Positions 41,950 to 51,496 of a DNA stretch of 64,000 nt are shown here, piece after piece. This DNA is from a virus. The DNA is taken from IMG/VR virus record IMGVR_UViG_3300045988_126851, positions 19,646 to 83,645 of that record; one strand, given 5' to 3'. The notes below the pieces were generated by a model. It did not search any database and was not told where the DNA came from. It saw only the letters and a list, made by a program, of their open reading frames with translations. The translations under genes were made by a program, and so were the position numbers. Position 1 is the stretch's first letter. Every line of letters begins with the position of its first letter.

Positions 41950-43389
41950 CTAAATATCTCCACTATTATTAGCCCTCTTTTTAGGATCGGCATCTGGATT
42001 AGTACTCTTCTTAAATTGTTCATCTAACTTGGCTCCATAGATTTTATCATAATTCTCTCTTTCATCTCGAGTGAATTCCTTACATCTTTGGCGTTCAACA
42101 TCGCATTTGAACAAAGCTCTACCTGAAGGTAAACCATCCCTCTGTACAACTAATTCGGCTCTTAATATATCATCTTGTTCTTCTTGAGCAGTAGAATTAA
42201 GACCAAAAATAGTTTGGGCATTACGAATGATTGCAATGGAACCAGATATATCATTTTCGTCATATCTAGTAGCCCTATGTTTCTTACCTTCTCTGGTAAT
42301 GTGGTGAGCAGTCCATACCACGTCTAAATTGAGTTCTTCTGCAAGATTTTGTAAATCGATATACACGTTGGATATACGATCGAAATCTTCTTTATCTCTG
42401 GCAATAGAAGCTAGCTTACCTGCATAATCAACAAATAAAACCTTAATATCTATCCCTTGATTCCTAAACTTAATTATTTTATCCCTTATATAATTACAAT
42501 CAGTAATCATAGCAGGTACTCTTTCAACCACTAATTCAACGCCAAATCTTGCAAGTTTTCTAAGGTGTTTAGACTCAAGTTTATCATACTCTCCAGAATA
42601 TAATTCTTTCTTAGTTTTATTGATAGATGATTGAATGAATCTATCGAGAATCTGATCTTTCCCATTTTCAGTATCTACATAATAAACCGATTTTCCCATT
42701 CTTAGATAACCTCTTGCAAGGTTTACCATAAAGAAGGTTTTCTTTGCCTTAGGTTTATCTAAGATCACATTAACCGAATGTTCAGGATATCCTCCAGCAT
42801 TAGTTAAAGCATTCATTTGCCTAAATGGGCAAGGTATTACAGAGGGCTCTGATTGTCTTTTAAATTGTCTCTCTACTATGTCCCGAATCATGTATGCAGG
42901 TTCATCTTCTTTCTTAGGCTTACTTTTCTGAAGAATCTTTTCAATCTTACGGGAATATTCTTCATATTGTTCGAAGTTATCCAGATCGAAAGACTCATTT
43001 AAGTTCTTCATTTCAACATAAGTTGAAAACTGATAGATCTTTTCTTTTATATAATCGGCATCAGATAGAGGTAAATGATAAAGATTACTGATTACCTTAT
43101 CGATATTTGGGATATCATCTTTAGTTACTAAATCGGCATACTGTTTATCTTCTAGCAATTCTTTAATAACTTCCTTTAGAACATTCTCAGAAGGTATTCT
43201 GTTTTGCTTTTTATAATACTTAATGATGCCCTCACAGATAATAGAATGCTCTATAAGTACCAGATAATTTGGTTTAATCCTTTTGAGGATTAGCCCTCCT
43301 TCTTTATCTTTAATAATATACCTTAGAATCTCTAATTGAAACTCTGGGCTAAATGTAAATTTGGTTTTACTCTTGTTTCTCATAATCAT
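41950..43389 (-). CDS. DnaB/gp41-like replicative helicase with atypical P-loop
   Basis: RecA-fold C-terminal half. The Walker-A position reads DKPKAKKT, Walker B is LFVDYAG, and the gene is adjacent to the primase. Confidence 0.65.
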   Translation of the reverse strand: MIMRNKSKTKFTFSPEFQLEILRYIIKDKEGGLILKRIKPNYLVLIEHSIICEGIIKYYKKQNRIPSENVLKEVIKELLEDKQYADLVTKDDIPNIDKVISNLYHLPLSDADYIKEKIYQFSTYVEMKNLNESFDLDNFEQYEEYSRKIEKILQKSKPKKEDEPAYMIRDIVERQFKRQSEPSVIPCPFRQMNALTNAGGYPEHSVNVILDKPKAKKTFFMVNLARGYLRMGKSVYYVDTENGKDQILDRFIQSSINKTKKELYSGEYDKLESKHLRKLARFGVELVVERVPAMITDCNYIRDKIIKFRNQGIDIKVLFVDYAGKLASIARDKEDFDRISNVYIDLQNLAEELNLDVVWTAHHITREGKKHRATRYDENDISGSIAIIRNAQTIFGLNSTAQEEQDDILRAELVVQRDGLPSGRALFKCDVERQRCKEFTRDERENYDKIYGAKLDEQFKKSTNPDADPKKRANNSGDI

Positions 43390-43524
43390 ATTGCAATATT
43401 TATAAGCTAATAGATATTCGTAGTCTCATGTTTGTACTGAATGTATCAGTTATCAAGAACTATACCATCCTCTACCATGACGTCAGAAAATATAAGTATT
43501 ATTATTTTATATAAAATATTATTC

Positions 43525-43537
43525 TTATATTTGCATA
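43525..43537 (+). promoter_or_regulatory. Bacteroidota-type -7 promoter element (plus strand)
   Basis: TTATATTTGCATA read directly on the plus strand. The ATG at 43557 lies 23 nt after the TTTG. Confidence 0.6.
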
Positions 43538-43556
43538 AACGAAAACTTAAAATCAC

Positions 43557-44210
43557 ATGAGAAGTAGAGGTAACAATGGATCGGAATTGCATAGGTTGAA
43601 AACCATGCAAGAGAATTATGATCAACAGATGTTTCTAAGGTTATATAAGGTGTGCAAGCCAGTAATTAGAAATCTCACTAAGCAAATTGATTACAAAAGA
43701 TATAATCTTACTCCAGATATTATATCTTCTTATTTCTGGGATAAGATGTTATATGTATTCAATAAATACTATGGTACTTGTTCGGAAGAACATTTAAAAG
43801 CAAGAATCCTTGCTTCACTCAGTACATTTAAGAATAAATTACTCCGTTCTGCCTATGGAGAACAAGCAGAATATAATCAATCCTTATTTAAGTTAGATGA
43901 TTTATTCGATAATGATAAAGAGTTAGAAGATGACAGTGAAGAAGAGAAAGCTAAATCTGAAATGCTTGAGATGATGTATTCATATATGAAAGATCATTTA
44001 TCTATTGATGCTTACATGGTATTCGAGGTATTACTTACTCCTCCTCCATATATTAAAGAAAGGATTAAAGATAGTGGAAGGATTACTAACTTATTATTGG
44101 TAGAATTCTTTGATATGCCTAAAACTAACTCTTCAGTTAAATACATATCGGAATTAAGATCAGATATTCAATATTGGGAAGACAGAGCTAAAGAAGAACT
44201 TAAGTATTAA
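43557..44210 (+). CDS. possible sigma-factor-like or transcription regulator; lone plus-strand gene
   Basis: 217-aa ORF. The N-terminal half has a weak sigma region-2-like pattern (LTPDIISSYFWDKMLYVFNKY...). It sits at the replication/structural boundary and is transcribed divergently. Confidence 0.35.
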   Translation: MRSRGNNGSELHRLKTMQENYDQQMFLRLYKVCKPVIRNLTKQIDYKRYNLTPDIISSYFWDKMLYVFNKYYGTCSEEHLKARILASLSTFKNKLLRSAYGEQAEYNQSLFKLDDLFDNDKELEDDSEEEKAKSEMLEMMYSYMKDHLSIDAYMVFEVLLTPPPYIKERIKDSGRITNLLLVEFFDMPKTNSSVKYISELRSDIQYWEDRAKEELKY

Positions 44211-44307
44211 CACAAAAAGAAGGGGGATATTTCCCAACATCCCCTCTCCCTAACACATGAGTTTTAAGCTAATAAAATGCGCAACATCAAAAAGTTTTTC
44301 AATTTTA

Positions 44308-45591
44308 TTATAGTTTTATGATATAAGCTAGTATGTAATATCCTGGTTCTATATTTATAGAATTCTGAGCCGAATTATTGACTTCTGAAGTAGATTCGAG
44401 ATATCTTGCCCAAACTGGATTATCCATGGATCTATTTTTGGGATTTACAGCTTGACCTATATTTTCATATTTAACCTTACCCGGACCACCACCATCAGGA
44501 GCATGATCAAGAAAGAAATAATCTCGGTATGGGTGAGTATGTTTAGGTAATTGATTAGAGTTAAGAGTAATCTTACCCTCAGAGTTACCTCCAGTTTCCC
44601 CAATAGTACCCTTACCAGGTCCCCATCCTTTAACGAATCTTCCGATAAGGTTAGGTCTACCGTCTATACCATCACATAAAGCCCAACCATCGGGAGGAGT
44701 AGTACCTGACCAAAGCATAATGGCTCCTTGAGGTATAATCTTAGCAGATTGATCTATACTTCCCTTATAAGATTCGAATAAGTAATCGATGTACTGTTTA
44801 ATGTTTTCATAATCATTGGGGATACCAGACAATAAATTCTCTAATCTTTTTACTGATTTATTAACCAATCCCCTGTAAGCTGAAGTAAAAGGTAAAGGTT
44901 GTGGGAATATTCCACCATAGGGAACTATAGAATAATCCTCTACAGTATTAGTGTTAGTATCGGTACCTGAGCCATAGATTCCAATAAGTACCATAGAATC
45001 TTTAGAGTTCTTATATCTGGTACAGTTTGCCTCTACTTGCTTAAGCAAGTAAGTAAAATTCATTTGAGAATTTATATAGGGGTCTCTCCCATTAATATCC
45101 CATTCATGGGCATTATCGGCTATTGGGTAATATGGGTTAAGTGACTTCTTGTATAAGGTATACAGAGATTCATTACCTTCTGACCAATATGCTACAAAGT
45201 TAACTGGGTTTTCAATTGGCTCAGTAACTTCATCATGTACTGCAAAGAGAAATACATCATCAGTTACACCCCTATTCCCCTCAATGGGTATATTACCAAT
45301 TTCTTTTTCGTCTGAGATAAAGATATATCCATCTCTTGAAATACATCCGAACCATATATCAGGTAATTCTCCATCATTCACATTTTTCTTAATATACCGA
45401 GCATTAATACGATCGAGTATATCATTCTTGAAAAAAGAATCATCATTACCTTGTGATTGTACCTTGAGAGTATTACCGTCTACAGTAACAGAACCAAATC
45501 CACAGAAAGGGCCTGCCCCAATTGGGCAAGCTATACCTTCTGCTACATCCTTAGATTTAATAAGGCTTTCGAATTGAAAATAGGTTTTCAT
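44308..45591 (-). CDS. tail fibre / receptor-binding protein with phage tail-collar domain
   Basis: GAIMLWSGTTPPDGWALCDGIDGRPNLIGRFVKGWG...GETGGNSEGKITLNSNQLPKHTH matches the tail-collar pattern (G.i......PpGW..CdG......l.GRf..g......G..gG.....L...q.P.H.H). Confidence 0.75.
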   Translation of the reverse strand: MKTYFQFESLIKSKDVAEGIACPIGAGPFCGFGSVTVDGNTLKVQSQGNDDSFFKNDILDRINARYIKKNVNDGELPDIWFGCISRDGYIFISDEKEIGNIPIEGNRGVTDDVFLFAVHDEVTEPIENPVNFVAYWSEGNESLYTLYKKSLNPYYPIADNAHEWDINGRDPYINSQMNFTYLLKQVEANCTRYKNSKDSMVLIGIYGSGTDTNTNTVEDYSIVPYGGIFPQPLPFTSAYRGLVNKSVKRLENLLSGIPNDYENIKQYIDYLFESYKGSIDQSAKIIPQGAIMLWSGTTPPDGWALCDGIDGRPNLIGRFVKGWGPGKGTIGETGGNSEGKITLNSNQLPKHTHPYRDYFFLDHAPDGGGPGKVKYENIGQAVNPKNRSMDNPVWARYLESTSEVNNSAQNSINIEPGYYILAYIIKL

Positions 45592-46103
45592 ATACTTTTG
45601 TTTTCTTTGTGAATTTTAACTTGATTTCTGATATCGGAAAAGGCTTCCCCGAGGTCTTTGAATTTAAAGGTTATAAGTAACCATAGTAATTTCCAAATAC
45701 TATACTTCTTATCGATCCCATGTAAGGTACAGATATGACCATAAATAGAATCCAATTCAAAGCAATAACAAAGTATCATTACTGATATGGCTACAATTAT
45801 AGGATCCAAGCCATAGGGTTCTCCTATGGCTTTTCCCAGTACTGCTCCCAGAGATATATAACAGATATAATCTATTATCTTATTGAGAGTTCTTCTACCA
45901 GCTCTGGACTTCCTTACATTTACATTCAAATACTTAGAAGCTCTTATCCCAAACCATAAATCCGAAACTATTAACATGAACCCTAATAGGATCATCCATC
46001 TTAAATCGAAAACGATCTGGGTACATTCTACGAGAATTGTAGTAAATAAAGTTTTTGCAAGTGAATTCATAGCGTGAGAGGTTATTACTGTATTATATTC
46101 CAT
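45588..46103 (-). CDS. multi-pass membrane protein, holin-like (tentative)
   Basis: 171 aa with about 4 predicted TM helices. DLWFGIRASKY...RKSRAGRRTLNKIIDYICYISLG resembles the loop region of 4-TM phage holins. Confidence 0.4.
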   Translation of the reverse strand: MEYNTVITSHAMNSLAKTLFTTILVECTQIVFDLRWMILLGFMLIVSDLWFGIRASKYLNVNVRKSRAGRRTLNKIIDYICYISLGAVLGKAIGEPYGLDPIIVAISVMILCYCFELDSIYGHICTLHGIDKKYSIWKLLWLLITFKFKDLGEAFSDIRNQVKIHKENKSI

Positions 46104-48622
46104 TGTTGACTTTCTCCTGTATTAATGTTAACCTGTTTATTTTCCAAATCTGAAGCTTCCCAGATAATTTCTATAGGAGTTATCTGGAATTCTATACCTA
46201 CCTGATAAGTAACTTTTACATCCTTCTTATTAGCTGCCATAAAGGTATATTCTCCGGCTTTTGAAGTTTCAAAAGTATACGGAGAAGGATGTAATTCCTC
46301 TGATCCCTCTAATTGTATACTGGTATCAAAGTTATCATGATTAGAAGTACAGGTTATTATGGTACTTACAGAATCTACCTCTGGAGTAAGAGTATCCATT
46401 TCTTTAGAAGCTTTAATCTCTACAGTCAATGGGAAATCTTTTACAGTCAACTTAGCTGATATTAAGAAGTATTCCGAGAAGAAAATATACTTACCAGCTT
46501 CTTTTAATTCGATTATATCTCCAGTGTTTACTTTATAGGTTTCTCCTGTTTGATCACAGGTTACTGTATTATTCTCCCCCATATCGAAGTTTGCCCTTAG
46601 TTCAAACCTTGCTACTGATTTATTATCGATTAACTGATAACTAGCTTCGGATTTATCAACGGGATCCAATCCCAAATCATTGTTAAAATAATCGGGTGTC
46701 CAAGGAGAAGTACCATCGGGATTAGTTTCCTTTACATTCTCTGGTTCAATGTATAGGTTATACTTAAGAGGCCTTACATAGGGGTTAACTTCCCATATTA
46801 CAAATACTTCAGGATCCTCTTTACATACTGCCTTATATTCTCCAGTATTTATACAAGTGAAAGTATAAGTGAATTTAGTATACTGATCATCTTCAGCTTT
46901 TTCCATTGTAATAGTATCAATTAGCATACCATTCCAGTATATATCTAATTGATTGTTTATATACTTACTATCATCTTCTTTTGGAGAAACTAGAAGAGTT
47001 AAATCGGCATAAGCTTCTTCCTTGGCATTCAGTTCCAAAGTACCCGGGCCTTGCAAAGTATACTGATAGTAAGTGGATATTTGAGTTACCAAGAATTTAC
47101 CGAGATTACCGCTTTGAGTTGTATCCAGAGTACAGATGAAAGTAAATAACCTAAAGGAATCGGCTGTAAAAATATCTCCATTATTATACAACCTACCAGG
47201 ATTACCCTGCTCATAACATTGGAGATCTGGAGTACCATATAGATCGGAAATAGTTAACTTAGTCTGGGCTTTAGCCAAATCCTGTATATCTACTCTAGCT
47301 GCTTCTGGATTACATACTACAGTATATAAGTTCTCTTGTCTTGAAACAATAACTGTAACCATGGAATTCGGATAATCTACTATTTCGAAAGTATAGGATC
47401 CAGGCTCTGAGAATGACCAAGATTGTCCAGAGGGTTTAGTTTCTTCTGTACCTTTTCTTCTTACTACTAATTCAGTTTCTGTACCACCTTGGACTACAGA
47501 GGCCTTTATTACAGTAGAAGGATTTAAGTTTTCTGGAGTAATCCTAAGAGTTTTAGGATCAGCAGAAATTCTATAAGTAGGTAAATTACTACCAGAACCC
47601 ACTATGATAGAAGTAATTATCTCAGGATTAGCTACACTTCTAAAATAATAGATACCGGGAACTGTAGCAGTATAGATACTCTCATTATCATGCCTTTTAT
47701 ATCCCCATAAGTTATCGGGATCAGATTCTTCTTTTTTATACATTACCTGATACCTTAAATCAGCTTCAGGCCAATCGGAAGTTACTGTAATTCTAATAGG
47801 TACTTTATTATTAGATCCCAGTATAATGGAATTAATCTTGGGATTTACGAATTCAGCAAATATAGTATACTCATCGATAAATCTAAATCCATAATCTACA
47901 ATAGTAACAGATACATTGAAAGGTTTAAACCTATTGATGATATTCTCTACGCCCTTTCTAAAAGAGAAAAATCCACTTTGGTATTTATCAGTATATGGAT
48001 GACCAGTAACTTTAAACTTTACTGGTATACATTGGGTACACTGAAAAGAATTATCAAAAGTACCTTTATCAAAATACACAGCTTGATCGAACCTTGGTTT
48101 AGATTCTTCTGGATTAATCCAACCATTGTAATCCTCTTCTTTAGTAGGGTCATACATTTCGCATCGAATACCATACATTCGGAAGATTATTTCGAAAAAG
48201 CTTTGGCTACCTCGGATTTTTAAAAGGGATATAGAATACCCTAATAATCTTCTTACTTGTTCTGAGGTTAATGAGAAAGGTCCAGACTTCGGTATAATCC
48301 AAGTTCTGGATAACATCTCTAATTCTGAATCACCCAAGAGACCATTGAAGTTAGTTCTCCAAGCCTCTTCATCTATATGATTGCCTATGGCAAAAGGCAT
48401 TTGTCCCAATAATTCCCAGAAATATACTAGATACATGTCTGGAGTTTTATCGAGATCTTGGATTTCTAGTAACTTAGTAGTATCGGAATATATTTCATTT
48501 CCAAAATAATCTCCACAGATATCTAGAAACCTTTGTAAAATGCCCTTTCCATCTACCTTATACGTATCAGAATCTTTGAAGTAATAAGGTAGCATGTCTA
48601 TGAGATTCTTGAAATCGATCAT
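46085..48622 (-). CDS. baseplate wedge / tail-fibre-associated protein (P2 gpI / Mu gp48-like N-terminus plus long beta-rich C-terminus)
   Basis: 845 aa immediately downstream of the gpJ-like gene. The N-terminus (LPYYFKDSDTYKVDGKGILQRFLDICGDYF) fits the gp48/DUF2313-type start. Confidence 0.55.
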   Translation of the reverse strand: MIDFKNLIDMLPYYFKDSDTYKVDGKGILQRFLDICGDYFGNEIYSDTTKLLEIQDLDKTPDMYLVYFWELLGQMPFAIGNHIDEEAWRTNFNGLLGDSELEMLSRTWIIPKSGPFSLTSEQVRRLLGYSISLLKIRGSQSFFEIIFRMYGIRCEMYDPTKEEDYNGWINPEESKPRFDQAVYFDKGTFDNSFQCTQCIPVKFKVTGHPYTDKYQSGFFSFRKGVENIINRFKPFNVSVTIVDYGFRFIDEYTIFAEFVNPKINSIILGSNNKVPIRITVTSDWPEADLRYQVMYKKEESDPDNLWGYKRHDNESIYTATVPGIYYFRSVANPEIITSIIVGSGSNLPTYRISADPKTLRITPENLNPSTVIKASVVQGGTETELVVRRKGTEETKPSGQSWSFSEPGSYTFEIVDYPNSMVTVIVSRQENLYTVVCNPEAARVDIQDLAKAQTKLTISDLYGTPDLQCYEQGNPGRLYNNGDIFTADSFRLFTFICTLDTTQSGNLGKFLVTQISTYYQYTLQGPGTLELNAKEEAYADLTLLVSPKEDDSKYINNQLDIYWNGMLIDTITMEKAEDDQYTKFTYTFTCINTGEYKAVCKEDPEVFVIWEVNPYVRPLKYNLYIEPENVKETNPDGTSPWTPDYFNNDLGLDPVDKSEASYQLIDNKSVARFELRANFDMGENNTVTCDQTGETYKVNTGDIIELKEAGKYIFFSEYFLISAKLTVKDFPLTVEIKASKEMDTLTPEVDSVSTIITCTSNHDNFDTSIQLEGSEELHPSPYTFETSKAGEYTFMAANKKDVKVTYQVGIEFQITPIEIIWEASDLENKQVNINTGESQQWNIIQ

Positions 48623-48623
48623 A

Positions 48624-50345
48624 TTAGATAGTTTCTTTTACGGTTAATGTAAGCTGTGAATTACTACTGAATACTGGGATGTTAAACCCTGGATCTTCAT
48701 AATCCATGTTGGGCTCTGAGATAGTTATAGAATATCTAAATCCATTTTGATAACCATTATCGGCTACACCAAATGAGAAAGTTACATCATTGTCGGCATC
48801 TTGGTAAGTAGAAGAATTTCCTACTCTACCAGTACTATCGAAGCTTCCTTTTGCAGCCCGAATCCTAAACTCGTTGTTATTAGAGAAAGTAATAAAATAG
48901 GTATTAGAATCAGTTGCTTTATCCAACTTAAAGTTATTAATAAGTAACTCTCTGTTACCATAAATGGTATTAGGCCAAGGTTTAGTATAGAACTTCTTAA
49001 TGTGAAGGTAATCTACCATTGAGCAATTATCTATGAGAGCATAGATATCCGAAATTCTAACGCTTCCTCCGATAGTAGATTTCTCTGGAGAATAAGCATT
49101 ATACAAGGCAGTAAGTATCTGCTGTTGAATCTCTGCAGTCTTATAAGACTTCCTGCCAGTCACTTCAATATCCAAGATAATCTGAACGGTACCTGCAGTC
49201 TTAACTTGAAGCCAAGTAGATAAAGGAGATCGTTGAGATAATAAATTGTATACTTTATCGATTCTGGCATCTCCTGCAGAACTACCATTATCGGGGTTTA
49301 TGTATACTGTAAGTTTTCTACTACATTCATAATCTACAGCAGCTTTGTTAACTCCCTCTACAGTCATTGCTAAATCCGCAAAATCCTGAGCAGTGATTGC
49401 TACCCCCAAAGTCTTAACACTAAGAGGAATGTGTTCTTTGATCATCTGGAAATTCTCATAGTTTGAACCACCTGCTGCAGCATAAGTATTACTTACTGTA
49501 GCATCAGAAATTACTCCAGAAATAACTGCTGGTACTGTAGTAATAGAACCAGAGCCGATGTTACCATTGTACCCCTTAGTAAGATAGAAGATTACCTCTG
49601 TAATCCTATCTCCAGCATTAGGTTTAGCTCCATATAAACCATCCCCAAAATGTAGATAGGGGTTAAGGGCAGAATCTACAGATACCATAAAATGCTTATC
49701 TTTGGGTTTTGAATAAGCAAAGGTATCTACTAATACCCAAGTTTCCCCACCTATTTTTAAACTCATGGTACCATGTTCATAGTATTTACCATTAGGCAAA
49801 GTACCCAGAGTAATTATTACTCGGCCATCTGTAGGTATAATAATGCCATTCAATCGAGAATTACTGTATATTTCATGTTGAACAAGGGGAACTTTACAAG
49901 TAGTAGTATTAGGCCACCAAGTTACATCTCGAGAAGACATCCAAACATTTCCAGAGTTATCTGTAAATACAGTACCTGCAGGTATAAGGATATTAGCACC
50001 AATATTTTCACTCGTAATAGATCTAGTTAGAGTTACATCTACTGAAGCTGCAATGGCAGACTTAGTGTTATAATCTACTAACTTACCCTGCTTTACCACC
50101 GAATCATACTTTCTAGCAGTAGGTAAAAAAGTTTCCCTTGCTACATTATCAATGTAGTAATGTAACACCTCTGCGATGGCTGCAAACAACGAAAGGATAA
50201 TAATGAGGATATTCCCCTCTGAATAATCAGTAATGAGGATATCTCCATTCTTATCCCGGATGTTTGTTAGCCCCTCTATCAACTTAGCCTTAATTTGTTG
50301 ATAGGACCTTTGATAAGGATTTAGCCATTTGTTAGTGATTCCCAT
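48624..50345 (-). CDS. baseplate J-like protein (P2 gpJ / Mu gp47 / T4 gp6 family)
   Basis: 573 aa between the gp25-like and gpI-like genes, in conserved W-J-I synteny. Confidence 0.75.
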   Translation of the reverse strand: MGITNKWLNPYQRSYQQIKAKLIEGLTNIRDKNGDILITDYSEGNILIIILSLFAAIAEVLHYYIDNVARETFLPTARKYDSVVKQGKLVDYNTKSAIAASVDVTLTRSITSENIGANILIPAGTVFTDNSGNVWMSSRDVTWWPNTTTCKVPLVQHEIYSNSRLNGIIIPTDGRVIITLGTLPNGKYYEHGTMSLKIGGETWVLVDTFAYSKPKDKHFMVSVDSALNPYLHFGDGLYGAKPNAGDRITEVIFYLTKGYNGNIGSGSITTVPAVISGVISDATVSNTYAAAGGSNYENFQMIKEHIPLSVKTLGVAITAQDFADLAMTVEGVNKAAVDYECSRKLTVYINPDNGSSAGDARIDKVYNLLSQRSPLSTWLQVKTAGTVQIILDIEVTGRKSYKTAEIQQQILTALYNAYSPEKSTIGGSVRISDIYALIDNCSMVDYLHIKKFYTKPWPNTIYGNRELLINNFKLDKATDSNTYFITFSNNNEFRIRAAKGSFDSTGRVGNSSTYQDADNDVTFSFGVADNGYQNGFRYSITISEPNMDYEDPGFNIPVFSSNSQLTLTVKETI

Positions 50346-50346
50346 A

Positions 50347-50772
50347 TCAATAATTATTAAGTGAATTATTTAATCGATCGTAGGCAATGCCCAGGTACTG
50401 GCTAGTGTTAGAACCATTAATCACATAGGCAACATCAATATTTACTTTTGATCCAACTCTTGTTACGGTTATTTTTTCAAAGGTAATCCTCTGTTCCCAA
50501 GTACCTATGGCATCCTTAATGAACTCTTTAATTATGAAGGAAAGGGCTTGTGAATTTGGCTCTTCGATACATTCCCATAGTCGGTTACCGAAGTTTTCTT
50601 GTCTGAATCTTTGCCCTATTAAATAATATAGGATAGAGGAAATGTTATTTCTAACCAAATCGAAATCCCCATTAACTGGATAAATCCCAGTAAGACCTGA
50701 TTCGTTTTTGGTTATGGTAAAAGGAAATAGAATACCCTTACCAACTATACCGGTGTAATAATTATTTTCCAT
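50347..50772 (-). CDS. baseplate wedge protein gp25/GPW family
   Basis: GKGILFPFTITKNESGLTGIY...VRNNISSILYYLIGQRFRQENFGNRLWECIEEPN matches the GPW_gp25 pattern (G.G..FP......G......i.qsi..iL.T..GeR...p.fG..l). Confidence 0.85.
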   Translation of the reverse strand: MENNYYTGIVGKGILFPFTITKNESGLTGIYPVNGDFDLVRNNISSILYYLIGQRFRQENFGNRLWECIEEPNSQALSFIIKEFIKDAIGTWEQRITFEKITVTRVGSKVNIDVAYVINGSNTSQYLGIAYDRLNNSLNNY

Positions 50773-51494
50773 TAGTGTATGAATTTAGGGTTTTCATAAT
50801 CTTCTTGTTTATACTGGGTAAAAGGCTGAGAAGCTTGAGTAGGTGTAGGCCCAGTACTAGCCGGACCAGAAGTAACTCCAGTATGAACATGAGTATTGAA
50901 CAAGTTTCTCAAGTTCTCGAGTTCTTTAACAGTTTGGTTTAGTTTCTCTGTTAACTTAGCAATAATTACCATACCCTCATTAGTACCCTGGTTCATAATG
51001 ATAGAATCTCCAGCTACTATATTAACATCCCTTTCAGAATGAACTATAGAGTTACCCTTATTAGATACTATCACATCACCATTAAAGTACAAATTCAGAG
51101 TTCCAGAATCATCATCTATTACTATAACATTACCTTCTGGAGTAACTATACCACATTTGTTGGGTCCATCTAAGGGTGAAGGTATTTGTTCTATTCCCCA
51201 ACCATGGTATTCCCATAGGGGTTTAGTAGGATCTCCAAATTCGAAAGTAACAAATACTATATCACCTATTTTTGGGGCTAAGTATTTAAACCCAGTCTGA
51301 GTAGACCCATGCTGACCTTTTGGTAAAGCCCAAGTCATAATTCCACTCATCACTTCTGGGACCATTACTTTAAGCCGATTCATATGTTTTTCTTCATCAA
51401 TATTATTAACTACGATAGCTCTATAAGTACCATAATATCTTTGAAGACCCTCTAAACCTTGTTCGGTTATTACCTTTGCAGTTTCAAATCCCAT
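50772..51494 (-). CDS. baseplate central spike / assembly protein V-like
   Basis: YGTYRAIVVNNIDEEKHMNRLKVMVPEV...WALPK...PKIGDIVFVTFEFGDPTKPLW matches the gpV/VgrG OB-fold N-terminus (G.v.....d...rvkV..p......Wa....  P..Gd.V.v.Fe.Gd...P). Confidence 0.75.
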   Translation of the reverse strand: MGFETAKVITEQGLEGLQRYYGTYRAIVVNNIDEEKHMNRLKVMVPEVMSGIMTWALPKGQHGSTQTGFKYLAPKIGDIVFVTFEFGDPTKPLWEYHGWGIEQIPSPLDGPNKCGIVTPEGNVIVIDDDSGTLNLYFNGDVIVSNKGNSIVHSERDVNIVAGDSIIMNQGTNEGMVIIAKLTEKLNQTVKELENLRNLFNTHVHTGVTSGPASTGPTPTQASQPFTQYKQEDYENPKFIH

Positions 51495-51496
51495 AG

